Assembly (NCBI GenBank): GCA_030295235.1
Contig: AP026125.1
Span: 1,736,001-1,800,000, forward strand
Direction: 5' to 3'
From: Fistulifera solaris
Lineage: Eukaryota
Length of the DNA stretch: 64,000 nucleotides
The notes beneath the pieces were generated by a model, which was given only the letters and a program-made list of their open reading frames with translations, ran no database searches and had not been told where the DNA came from. This document shows, one piece after another, positions 11,344-23,171 of this stretch. Position 1 is the stretch's first letter, and each line of letters begins with the position of its first letter. Position numbers and translations under genes: made by a program.

Positions 11344-14300
11344 TTACTGTAACTGTCGCTTGGCCATGTGAAAGCGACCAACGTCACCCCTACGTCGTGG
11401 TCCAGTCATTGTGAACATCAGCTCGAAATCAGCCTCCGAGTAATCTTCGCTGTTAGCCATATAATAAGCGACAAGCTCCTCCATATCAAACTCAAGCATC
11501 GCGATGAATCCTGCAGATTTTTCGAACGACGCCGCAGCAAGTTCAACATCCCAAAATGAATTATCAAATGACGTCGCTCCTTTCAGGTCTCGATAAAGAA
11601 CCGAACCACTTCGGTCCAACGACTCGACACCGTTGAGCGTCAAAGGTGCTTTCTGTATAACACCATGTCCCTGCGCAATCAAACGAACATTTTGCATCAA
11701 GAAATATGGAATGAATTGCTCCAAAGTCGAGAAAATGTAGGCCGTGACTGCATTGCCTGCAGCTTCTCGTAAATTGTCACTCGCGCTTGTGATATAGTCT
11801 CCTAGGTCATTCACTGACGAAGGGATGCGAACAGCATCCTGGGCAACAAGAGTAGAACTTTTGCACACCCGTGACATGCGACTAATCGTCTGGAAGAGCA
11901 TATCAAGTCGACAGAACTTAGCCATCTTTATTCCGCTGGTCCTGATCGTTTTTATCGCCTCACGTAGAGCTCTCGTGGAGGAAAGCAATTTTGTTTTCCC
12001 GTCTTTTCCATAAATCGTCAATCGAGATTCTAGCAATCCTGCCAATTTTAACAAACTATGCGCCAGACACGCCGCCCGCATGAGTTCTTCATCCGAAGAA
12101 ATCGATATTTTCTTGCTTTCTTGGGAAAAGTCTAAATAAGGTTTCAGATAAGACAACTCAAACTGGAGTGCGGCATCTTCTCCTTCAGTGCCATCAACAA
12201 ATTCATCTAAAGATCGTGCACCCTCTACGGCGCTATCGGCGGCATTCTTTCGACCGACAGTATCCGAGGGTGAAGGTGCCAGCGGTATAAGTCCGGACGA
12301 TTGACCTCTTTTTCCGCTGCTAAAGAAGTCCCCGACAGAAACCCATCTGCGTAGGCGTCTACCAGTCTGTTGAAAGGCCTTCGTCGCTCCATGACGGCGG
12401 AAAGGAAGTGGCTTCGCCCTCCTCTTCTGAAAGCATAATCAATGCAGTCTTTCCACTACAAAGCTTTGCGACCTGGGCCTTTACACGAGACATGAATGTG
12501 AGTACCGTGTGCTCAAGCACCGCCACCAAAGGCATGTACATCTCTCCGTCTTGAGGAAGGCGATGAAGTGCCAGAAAGAGCGGCCCAGTGGCATTGAACA
12601 TGCTCTTACACGCAACACACATTTCCACATCGGGTGGGTCATTACTGTGAGGACGAGCGTAAAGACCACGATCTAAGACAGGATCAAATGCGTCGCGCCG
12701 TTCAAGACCCAAGACTGTTCCGTTTACTGCTTCGACCTGCATGTCAGGCAGTAGCTCTTTCTCAATAACTTGATCAAGATACGTTAGGACGGGAATTTCG
12801 GTCATCGTTACAAAGGATGGCGCCGAAGTGTCCTCGCCTGTGAGTTTAGCGAGTGCCAACTTGGCGTCCGACAAAGCACTCGTCCATCGCGATATACTCT
12901 TACGGAAGACGAGAGCGTGACGAGGGTGGGGATGTGCCTTGGTTTTCGCGAACAATACGGTCGAAACGAATTTTGAAGTTGACATTTCCATGACGTTGCT
13001 TCTAGTTGCAGAAGAAACCCCTTCGTTGCCTAGTTTGTTTCCTGTTGCGACAATATTCATCGAAAACAAACCCGACTCGAAAGGTGTGTTTGCATTGTCC
13101 ACAGCACCAGCCAAACCGTTTTCGCGCTCGGATGGATGAAGACAAACCTTTAGGAAATCACGTATTTCGCGCTGCATAGAATCCCACGCCTGATTAAGTA
13201 CTGTTCGCATCACGGTGGAAGGAGATGGGATTGACTTAAGCAGTTCCTTGTCGGAGCTCTGTAAAGAAAGTGTAAGTTTCTATTTAAAAAGGAACGGCCT
13301 GACATCAATGCCAAGTAGATACGTACAATTCTGTAGCGTAGAATCTGTGCCAAGTGCGACATGCGTAGCATCACACACCCAAACGCGGATAAGAGATTCG
13401 TCAAATGGCGCCGGAAGTCCTGCATGCTTTCTTTCGTCATCGAAGACCGGATCGATTGCGCGCTTCGTCTCTTTTCTATACGAGCAAACGTTCGAGCTTG
13501 CTCCTTCTGTACCAGAGTTCTTATTTCTGTTTGCAAACTATCCGACAAGACTCTTTCTATGTCGTCCAGTCGCTTGAGTTCTGACAAACATTCAATAATG
13601 ATGCGGAGCGCCATGACTGAATCTCCGAAACGAGGTAGCTGTCGCTGTCGCGAGACTGAGGGTTTCATATTTGCTTTCCTTGTGAGCTCGTTCAATAAGA
13701 GATCTTCCATGCAACGTCTTTCGTCAGCTTCAAGATCCAACTCGGTATCCAAAACAGGAATCGGTATCATCATCAGTTTCTTCTCGGACAGCGCCTCTTT
13801 TCTGAGCGCAGCCCCGCTATTTGTCGTACTGTCTCCAACGGAATTTACGGATTGGCTACTCCGAACTGGCGTACCGTTGAGCAGTGCAAGTTCTTCTTCT
13901 TCATCAAAGTTCTCTTCAAGCGAAAAAATCGAAGCATCAGAGCCTAAAGATGTGATAGACATAGCATCATCTCTTTCTTCGTCCGAAAGAAACAGCGTGT
14001 CCTCTAAACCTTCAAACAGAGCAAATGGATTGTACATGCCGTAACTGTTATAAACCGCCGACAAGCGTTTGTTTTCTACACGCGTGCTTGCGTTGGCCTG
14101 GAGACCGCGGTTACGATCTCCCGAGGCAAGGGACGCCGTATCGCGCTTGCTGGCAGCCAAACGAGGTATGGGAGCCGCCAGTCGAACTTCGTTACCATTC
14201 CTCAAGTAGATGATGTCTTGTAGAGTTTCCCACACAATTTCTTCTCCTTTTGTTTCCTTAACAGGAGCTGCTCCATAATTTTGTGCAAGGCCTGAACTTG

Positions 14301-15041
14301 AGCGACATCATCGCTAAACATTGTTTTCAAGGCGCGGCTGATCTGCAAGACGGCAGCACCGATTCGACACGGCTGTTGCGAAATGAACTGATCAAATTTT
14401 GCGGGTGCGGCACGAATAATGTCCAACCGATCCAAAAGAGCTAGGACCGATTCGCATTCGAGTTTCTTGAGCCACAGTTCACGGAGTGACATAGAAGCTG
14501 CGTTTTGCGGTCGCTGTTTGCTATTTCCCGTCTCATTCGGACTTGCCGACGCCCCCAAAGTATCTTGAATGTCACGTACTTGCTGGCGTAACTGACGCAC
14601 TCGACTGACTGCATCATTGAATTGACGGGCCACTTTGCCGACCTGAATAACGGATCCATTCAAATCGGCACAGTGAATGACAGCCATGTGCTCAATAGCA
14701 CCTTCGACAATCTGATATTGCGCCTTTAAGTTACGATATGCTGGATTTTTGCTGAGATCCTTGTGTGAGGACTGAACAGTTGCATCGTCAATCATCTGCA
14801 GCCCCAGGACGTCGATGACTCGATGAATTGTATTGAAACGCTTGGGCTCGGCGAAGAAATCTTCATCGACTTCGTCATTCAGACGACGTTCAAGCTCTAG
14901 CAATTCGAGATCCTCATCATCGTCATCATCGTACGAACTCTTTTCATAGTAGGAGGAGCTCCCCATGGCTGACGCCCGGCGACTCGTCTTCGTCGCACTG
15001 GCCAGTTGCTCCTCACCGTCATCGGTACTGTTGCGCGGCAT
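11344..15041 (-). CDS. SEC8: Exocyst complex component Sec8/EXOC4, split over four ORFs by an intron and indels
   Basis: Sec8-like N-terminus 'HCADLNGSVIQVGKVARQFNDAVSRVRQLRQQVRDIQDTL...LRELWLKKLECESVLALLDRLDIIRAAPAKFDQFI'. Collinear ORFs cover about 3.7 kb; intron at about 13259-13323. Confidence 0.8.
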
Positions 15042-15501
15042 GGCGATCAAGTCTTTGCTTTGAAACGAATCGCAAGGTTACGGCAAACTGTAAATTGTTT
15101 TGCGGCTGTAAATTCGCGGTTAACGTCTTTCAATTCCAGTAAATGAGGGCGCACGGCAAAACAAGATAATAATAACATACAGAATACAAAGATACGGTGT
15201 AGTTGTTATTGTTGCTGCGGAGACGGGCAATAACCGGGCGCAGCAAACAAAAAAACGCCCGTCTCCAAAAATGCGTCCGTTTGATGCGCGCCGGCACGTT
15301 GCCTGTCCCCTCAACAGCAACTCGGAGCGGTACTAAACACGGCACTCACAGTGTTTGCGGCACTCGTGACTTTCAAGATTCCTTCAAGATTCTTCCCCCG
15401 GAATTTGAGCACATCGCACATCGCTCCTCTCATTCGTTTTTAGGTATAATTCGGAAGAAGTCAATGAATAAACAAGTCATCAATTCTACCCTTCTATCGG
15501 A

Positions 15502-16978
15502 ATGTCAGCTATTCAATCAATCTATGCGACCTTCGGCGCTTCTGTGCGTTCGGTAGGAACCGCCATGACGTTAGCTGCAGTTGGGTTTTATTTGCATCAA
15601 CGAGGATTCATTGATGGACAAGGCAAAAGACCTTGGCCCTCATATCACAGCAAGTGACGTTTCCTCTCTTTTTATTCACCAAAATCATTTATTGCAATCA
15701 AGACTGGAGTGATGAACCGTGTCCGGATGTGACAAAATCCTTACAAGATGTATGGCTGCTTCTGTTTTGGCCAATCTACGTCGTGTTCTGTGGAACGATC
15801 GTGGGTCACGTCGTTGGCAAGGCTACGAAAACACCCAAGCAGCATATGCGATCTGTGCTAGCGGCTTGCGCGCTAGGAAATACAACAGGATTACCGATTA
15901 CATTGTTAACGGTGGTGCACGCGAATTTTCCGTCAACGAGCGATTTGGGACGAATTGACCCGACACTCTTCTTGTCTGTCTATTTGCTTCTTTATCCTGC
16001 TTTACAATGGGGATACGGCGGATGGCTTTTGGCCCCTGATAATCCAAAGGCCACAGCGAAATCAAAAGACTTTGAACTTCCGACATCAACAACGTCGATT
16101 ACCGAAACGCTGAATCAAAATGTTCTCAATAACTTGGAAGCAGCCGCATACTATGACAAGCATCGACATGGACTCGTGAGCGCTGACGAGGGCATGTACG
16201 TAAGCGAAGGGAATTTGAGGGATCTAGATACCGATGCTAGTTGCGAAACAACGTCCCTTATAACCAAGACGGATTCGGAGAACTACCAAAGCACAGATCG
16301 TTCTGTACAACCCGAGGCAAAATCCCTGGACGATGTTCCCTCTCCTGTCCCTAACATGGAAAGCACACTTTTGGAAACTATGCAAAACATATCGAGTCGC
16401 TGTTTACAGCCACCAGTTATCGGAAGTATCACCGGGCTACTCATCGCAATCTTCCCACACGTTCGAGGTCTCCTTGTCGATTTAAATCATCGCTCCTCAT
16501 CAGCTCCATTTCAGTGGTTTTTTGATGGACTGTATGTCGTGGGCTTATCCGCCGTCCCTATCAACATGATGATTTTGGGCTGCAATCTCTCCTCTAGCGC
16601 ACAAAGTTGGATCAAACGATCTTCTTTGTCGAAAACTACTTTCGCAAACACCAATTTTCTGCCCATGCCGAGTATGCTTGGTATTGTAGTTGGCAAGATG
16701 CTTCTACAACCCCTGGTCGGTATCTTATCCGTGGCCTTTCTGCAACGATGTTGTCTCAATGTTCCCGACGACATTGATGGTTCTTTTACTTGGTGCTCAT
16801 GATAGTCTTTTTGTGCCCTACAGCAAATAATGTCATGGTGATGATTGAGCTTAGCGGTATGAGCGACGGTGCCAAAGAAGGGATCGCTACCGTGATCGGC
16901 TTACAGTATGCTGCAGCACCCATCTTATTGAGTGTTACAATGTCCATTGCGATAGGCTTAGCGAGTCACTGGTCTTAA
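15502..16978 (+). CDS. Auxin efflux carrier family (PIN-LIKES/Mem_trans) transporter
   Basis: Two TM bundles around a hydrophilic loop. Motifs 'TFPLFLF', 'GNTTGLPITLL', 'PPVIGS', 'AVPINMMILGCNL' and 'CPTANNVMVM'. Frameshifts near 15632 and 16787. Confidence 0.85.
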
Positions 16979-17281
16979 AAGTGGCTTGCATCCTGTTTTA
17001 AAACTTTTGAATATCTTTGTTAATAATTTGCTGTTTAAAAGGCAATCAAACTATATTTTCGAAGGTTTCAATTAGACCTTTAGTGATCAGACGTTAAACT
17101 GGTTAACCTCCCTAGCCATGTATCGCTGTGACACTGTTCAACTAAGTATTGGGTCACGCTTGAACTACACCTCTTGTGTATCATTCTCGTTGTTGTTGTC
17201 GGCACGTTGTTTATTCAAACGAGACAGCAACATTACAACAACTATGAGGTAATTACTAATCGGATCCAAGCGAAGGTAGCA

Positions 17282-18479
17282 ATGAAGGCAAACGTTTTTC
17301 CTATAGCGATTTTCTCTTCTCTTATCTGTCAAGAAAATGCATTTACCATTCCTAACGCGGGTGAATCGCGGCGAACGGCCCTTTCCATGTCGTCGACCGG
17401 GTTCGCGAAGCCTCGGACGGGCGTTCTGCAATCACTGCTCAATACAATGCTCAATTCACCAGTGTGGAAGTATGTACTCGTACCGCAAGCTCGAAAAAGA
17501 TGGAAGACACTGCCACAGAGAACGGAATTCCATGGGCGGAATGTCGCGCGTGGCTCGAGTCTCAAGACGGACCCTGGCAAGGAAGACCGATTTTGCACGA
17601 CACAACAAAGCTCCCTGATTACTATCAAAACTCATTTCATGCGTATGAGCAAGGAAATTTGTGTTGGGAGGCTGCATTAGAAGTTGAGATTGCTTCGTCC
17701 GCCGTCGGTGCCAGGAATTTTCCGAAATACGGTCGATTGGGTGAAAAGGCGTTTCGCGACTCGTTCGACGCTGCTCTGATGGACGGAGGTGCATCTTGCC
17801 CCAAAGGAGCTGTTGTAGTTGATCTGGGCTGTGGGACCGGTATCAGTACACGACGATTGGCCGCGCGTCACCCGCAAGCGGCAAGCATACTTGGATTAGA
17901 CCTCAGCCCCTATTATTGCCAAGTCGGAATGTATGTACTTGATAAAGCCCCAGTTCAATCGCTGGAACAAGGGGGACACTGGGTGAACGAAATAAAGGAA
18001 GAAATTCGAATTTGTTATAAGGTTGGAGATGCCACACAAACAGGATTACCGGACAATTCGGTGGATGTTGTCAATTTACAATTTGTTTGCCACGAGATGC
18101 CTTATGCAGTGACTGTGAATGTTCTGAGAGAAGCACACCGCATCTTGAAGGACGGAGGCCAGCTGTGGTTTTGCGAAATGGATTTTGAAACTCCTGGCTA
18201 CGCTGCCCAACGTGCGAATCCGTTGCTATTCTCGTTGATACGATCCACAGAGCCGTACCTAGACGACTACGCCGATCACTCGAGTGAAATCAGAAGTGAA
18301 TTAAAAGAGCTTTTGCTTACACCACAATAACTCCAGCGACAGGCAGACACTTTGCCATTGTTGCGACGAAAGATTCAACGAAATTAGATCATGTGATAGA
18401 AGACAACCGATTCGATGAGAATGGAAACTATCGTGTCGAAGACACCCACCTGAAGGTTTTCGAGAATAAAGAGTCATGA
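17282..18479 (+). CDS. Class I SAM-dependent methyltransferase, plastid-type presequence
   Basis: Motif I 'VVDLGCGTG', 'GLDLSPYY' and 'PDYYQNSFHAYEQGNLCW'. N-terminus MKANVFPIAIFSSLICQENA-F. Confidence 0.88.
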
Positions 18480-18562
18480 GAGGTCAGGAAGATCAGTAAC
18501 CGGGTACCTGATGATTTTGCAGATTACTAGAACTAGACCACTTGTTGTGATTTAAAAAAAAC

Positions 18563-19225
18563 AAATGTCGATAAATTTCCCTACGAAAGCTACGTGAATT
18601 GTACGTAGACATTCGAAGCGTTGCAGCATTCGTTCCATCAACGTTTGGTTTTCAAATCGATGACGGTTGTTGCTTCCTGATACAAAGCCAATACGGTGGA
18701 CAAGGAAACGTTGACATTTGTGCACTGGAAATCCAAGAATTGGATGATGGCGAAAAACACAATATCCGGGTACCCCCCTACAGAGATAAATTTCCCACGG
18801 CGGCTACGTAAAATATGCGTAGACACTGAAAACGACGTTAAAATTCTGCCTCGCCGTAGGCTCTACGTAGAAAATTGTACTGAGAGGCAGAATTTTAACG
18901 CCCTCTCCTGGAAGCTTTGTATGTTTCTACTGTTTCATGTTTCACTGTGAAATCAAAGCCAATTATTGCTTGTTGGCTTCCATAAGCGATGCTGGGAGAC
19001 ACGGGAACGCACCTCTGCTTGGTACATTTTTCTACGGGGAGCCTACGTGAGTGTACACTTTTTCCCGAACCTTCCTGGGCAAAGTATTGTGGACATTGGT
19101 GTCCGAAAGACGCGAAAATGGCGTGCTCGAAATTACACAATATCCGGGTACCCCCTTTTCGATAAATTTCCCTACGAGAGCTACGTGAGATTACGTAGAC
19201 ATTCGAAGCGATGCATTTTTCCATG
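18563..19225. repeat. Degenerate dispersed direct repeats (3 copies of a GATAAATTTCCC...CTACGT...CGTAGACA block)
   Basis: Similar blocks at about 18568, 18785 and 19160. ACACAATATCCGGGTACCCCC occurs at about 18757 and 19135. Confidence 0.75.
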
Positions 19226-19592
19226 CTGTTTACGAATTGCAGTCGAAAGCGTTGATTGCCATTGAGAGACTGTCTTCGTGTCGGATCATCATCACTCCGG
19301 TCATACTTTTCTGCCAAAAAGGCGTCAGCGACAATTGTTAATATTCTTAGCTTTGTCTCGCAGGTGGGTCACGGAATGACGACCGGCTGCTCTTTTTCTG
19401 ATAGTATGAGTACCGGTACCAGTGTCACGGACGCACGGAACAATAAAGCATTCTAAGAAAGACTTTTCACATACAGTACTTTTAGGCAAGAGTTTAGGAG
19501 CATTGTATTGCGCTCAAAAACACCGTGGCCACCAAGACCCATGGAACAACAACACTTTTTGTTATAGCGTTAGAATGCTCACACTACAATGA

Positions 19593-21129
19593 TTAGATAG
19601 TTTCCTTTTGAACGGAATCAATGGACTCAGATAGATCCTTTTGCGCATTGCTTTTCTTTCGACGGAGAGCAGCAACGGCAAGGCACGCAACAAGAATGGC
19701 ACCCGCGATAGCGCCCACAACAATTCCTACGACAGCACCTGTTTCAAGGGATTCATCAGACGAATACACAGCGGGGCATTCCAAATATTCATCGCGATGA
19801 AAGTCTTCATCGAAACAAGCGTATTCACCGCCATCGAGACCAACGGTGCGGTGCGCAATGCCGCTGACATCGACCTCCGGGATGCACGAAGTTCCTCGGT
19901 GAATGCGCTTCGCCTTGCTTAAGGCGGCACCAACAATCTGCAAAATCTCAGTGGCATGGCGATACGAAAGTGCACCACCACCGATGGCCCAATAAGCGTA
20001 CTGGCCGGCTCGGAGAGCCTTGTCGGGGAAGGTCGACTGAGCGAACTCGGGGTTGAGTACATCCAGTGTTTGGCGATCATCGTACAACCAGAAGTCGACA
20101 GGGTACTTGGGCTGAGCATCGGCACATTCCGCTAACGTACTAGCGGTGCAGTTACCGAAGAACGCTCGGTTCGACACGGTTTCCCAAAAGAAACCAAGAG
20201 GACAGGAGGTTTGATTGGCTTCCAATGCACAGTCGACGTGCATAAGTGGTAACCCGAGTTCTTCAAACATGCGCAATACCATGTCATCCGGTGGGTTTGC
20301 GAGGAAGGTGCTCTCGTCGGGGCCAAGTCCAAAATAGGCGGCCATGGCTCGAACACCACGAGAATGCGCATCTCCGGCAATCTGCTGAAACTCGGCAGCC
20401 GCTTCGCACATTTCTCGTTGATCATTGTCGACCGAACGGGGAATATCAATGCCCAGTGCTTCAGCCAAGGTTCTCAACTGATTAATCAAATCAATCATAG
20501 ACTTGCCGTAACAGCGATCATCATTTCCGGGGCGGCAATCGGGTCCAGTCTGAGAAACGTCAATGAAGATGACGGGCTTGCCCGTGATCCTTTCGATTTC
20601 CGGTACATATTCCGTGATGTATCGTACTTCATGTCGGTATCCCAGTGTGAGGAAAGCATCGACCTTCACATCGGCTAGCAATGTCGTGTCAATCGTCATG
20701 CATCGCTCACCCGGCAGACAGCCCGGAGAGAGGTTCACGGTAGAGGCCAAAAACTGCAAGTCTTCAGGAGATGGATCACTGATAAAGCTAGACTCTCCCG
20801 TTGGGTCGGTGACATCCAAATCGGAGGCTTCACCACCCCATTGTCCGTACACACCAGCGAGCTGGTCTGGCTTCAATCCTGAGAAACGCGAAAGAAGAAG
20901 ATTTGTGAGCGTATGCGCATTACCATATATTTCGGGGAAATAACACACACACAGCGAATCATACCAAGGTGGAATAGGGAGATCGCAAGATAGGACCACG
21001 CCACAATCTTTGGCTTTCCTTCAAAAGTGTGCGTCACACCCAAATCATCGGTGAAGGTTCGGGGGCTGCAGAAGCAGGAGCTACACCAGCAATGAGGAAG
21101 AGAGTGAGCGCAAAACTGGATTTCCACAT
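19593..21129 (-). CDS. Membrane-anchored periplasmic-binding-protein homologue (FhuD/diatom FBP1-like iron-siderophore binding protein)
   Basis: Signal peptide MWKSSFALTLFLIAGVAPASA, then 'RTFTDDLGVTHTFEGKPKIVA', typical of Peripla_BP_2 N-termini. Single C-terminal TM helix plus basic tail; intron at about 20879-20964. Confidence 0.75.
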
Positions 21130-21889
21130 GATTGTCAACAAACGATGCTGCACTACAGATTCCGTCGAAATGGTTAAGTTGTGAGGAAAGGATTTTCCCA
21201 AAAAATGATATCTTTGATTTTGATGTTACACCGGAGTATAAAGTTTGTGGATTTGTGGCTGCGCTATGATCTACACCCGGCGCGTGCCTGACGCACTCTG
21301 ACATGGTTCTCGGTCCATAGCCCCATACTCAAAAAGTACCGGGGGTACATGAGAGTCAATGAGGCGTGTGCTCGACGCGTGTTGTATGAGGGTTTTGCTG
21401 CCAGTATTATCGGTTCGCATAATGATGCACGGGAGGAAAGTCCATAACCTGATCTCTGATCTCTGATCTGTAAGTGTCATCACTTTGTACTATTACCGGT
21501 CCTTTTAGGACTTCTAGAGGACATAACAACTTAAAAGGCTAAAAGGTGTATTAGAAATTGCTGCAAGCTTGTAAGTTCAATTTTTTTAAAAAGTTCAGAA
21601 TATGCCGGATCCGTCAAGATGGAAGTCGTTAATGATTAATATGGTGGCTCTTAACTCGTGACAGGTGATTAGCATTGCCGGGAATTGGACCTCCATCAAT
21701 AAATAAAACTGATTTAGCAAACACCGTCTGAGACTGCTTCCAATTAAACTACTTTTGTTCTTTTACTTAAAATTGGATTCAAGCTTGGAGTATATAAAAT
21801 TGTGTGGGTTGTACTAGATGCCGAGAGACTCGAGCTAAAGCAAATTGAAGAGACGATTTCGTTCAACAAGAAGTAATTGTTGCATGAGC

Positions 21890-22764
21890 CTAATCGGCAC
21901 GTGTTTTCTTACTCGGACGTTCTTCGTTCTCGTCTTCATACTCGTCATCCGTTTCAGCTTCACCATCCGGATCTGCGAGACGTTCACTCTCTTTTTCTAG
22001 CTTCTGGCTGCCTGCCCAGATTCCGGCCGTCGGAGTTGGTCCATAATCATCTTCCGATTCACTGTCGGTTTCAGCATCGCCGTCGTCATCGTCCGTCTCA
22101 TACTCCCCGGCAATTTTCTTTTGCTCAAGCTCTCTAGCCTTACGTTCTTCCTCTTGTTTCCTTTTTAACTCGAGTCGCTTTTCGCGGGCGACTTGCACAG
22201 CAGCCAAATTCTGACCGTATTTGTTGCCAAAAATATTTCTAGGCCCAGCCCCCTTCCCAGAAGCACATCCTCTGCATCCCGTCTACTTAGACTTAATAAG
22301 TTAGACTTTGTATTCAAAATAATCGTTTGACTCGAAATACGTACCGTCGGATCCTGCGCTTTCTTTTGCTCTTCCGAACGATCAAACCAGGGAACTCTGC
22401 AAATACTTGTTGTCCCGAATTTGTAGTTCGATGGATTGATAACGTAGGTACTGCAGAGTCGCTCGTAGCCTTTCTTCTTCCATTTCGCGATGAGAGCAGC
22501 ATCCACTATTTTCTGATCCAAACAATACTGATAGACCTGCTTGCTTATTTTTTTGATGTGTATAAAAAGGTCGTAAATGTACCTTGATTTCTGCCAGTTG
22601 ATCTGGTGAATCGGCCAAATGGATTCGGTCTTCCGCTTGTTCAAATTGGACTCTTTCACCTTGTCACGAAGTTCATTTTCGAGAGCTTCCAAGACTGGTT
22701 CAACGTATTCAAAGCCCGGTGGAGGCTTGCGATTCTTACTGTTCCATTTCTGCGGGAGAGGCAT
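21890..22764 (-). CDS. BUD31: BUD31/G10 splicing factor homologue with acidic C-terminal extension
   Basis: 'RKPPPGFEYVEP...RKTESIWPIHQINWQKSRYIYD...LIAKWKKKGYERLC...FGTTSICRVP' and, after an intron at about 22285-22344, 'GCRGCASG'. Confidence 0.92.
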
Positions 22765-23171
22765 TTTATGAGAAGACAGTCAATGGGCAAAAGGATGGAA
22801 TAAAAAAACAGTGTTTATCACCATCGTCATGGTCGATGGTGAAGATCGAAGTTTGAGAAAAGGAACTCCGACCAGCGACGGACGGACGCACCTTAAAATA
22901 CCAGCCGGCCAGCAGCGCGGAGTAGTAAATGATGTACGGGTACATTGATTGCTATACATTTAACGTTCCGACATGATGTTATGGGCTAACTATTTCAAAG
23001 CACGGATCCAACGCCAAGCTTCACGAATTTTTAGCCGAACGCATCGCTTTTGTCACCAACAGTTGCTCTTTCGGAAGACCATCGTGTGAGAGTCAAACAA
23101 AATGCGCATAACCGTCCATCACAAGTCGCCACAGGTTCTTGTAAAAAGTATTGGAATCGAGAAAATCCGCA

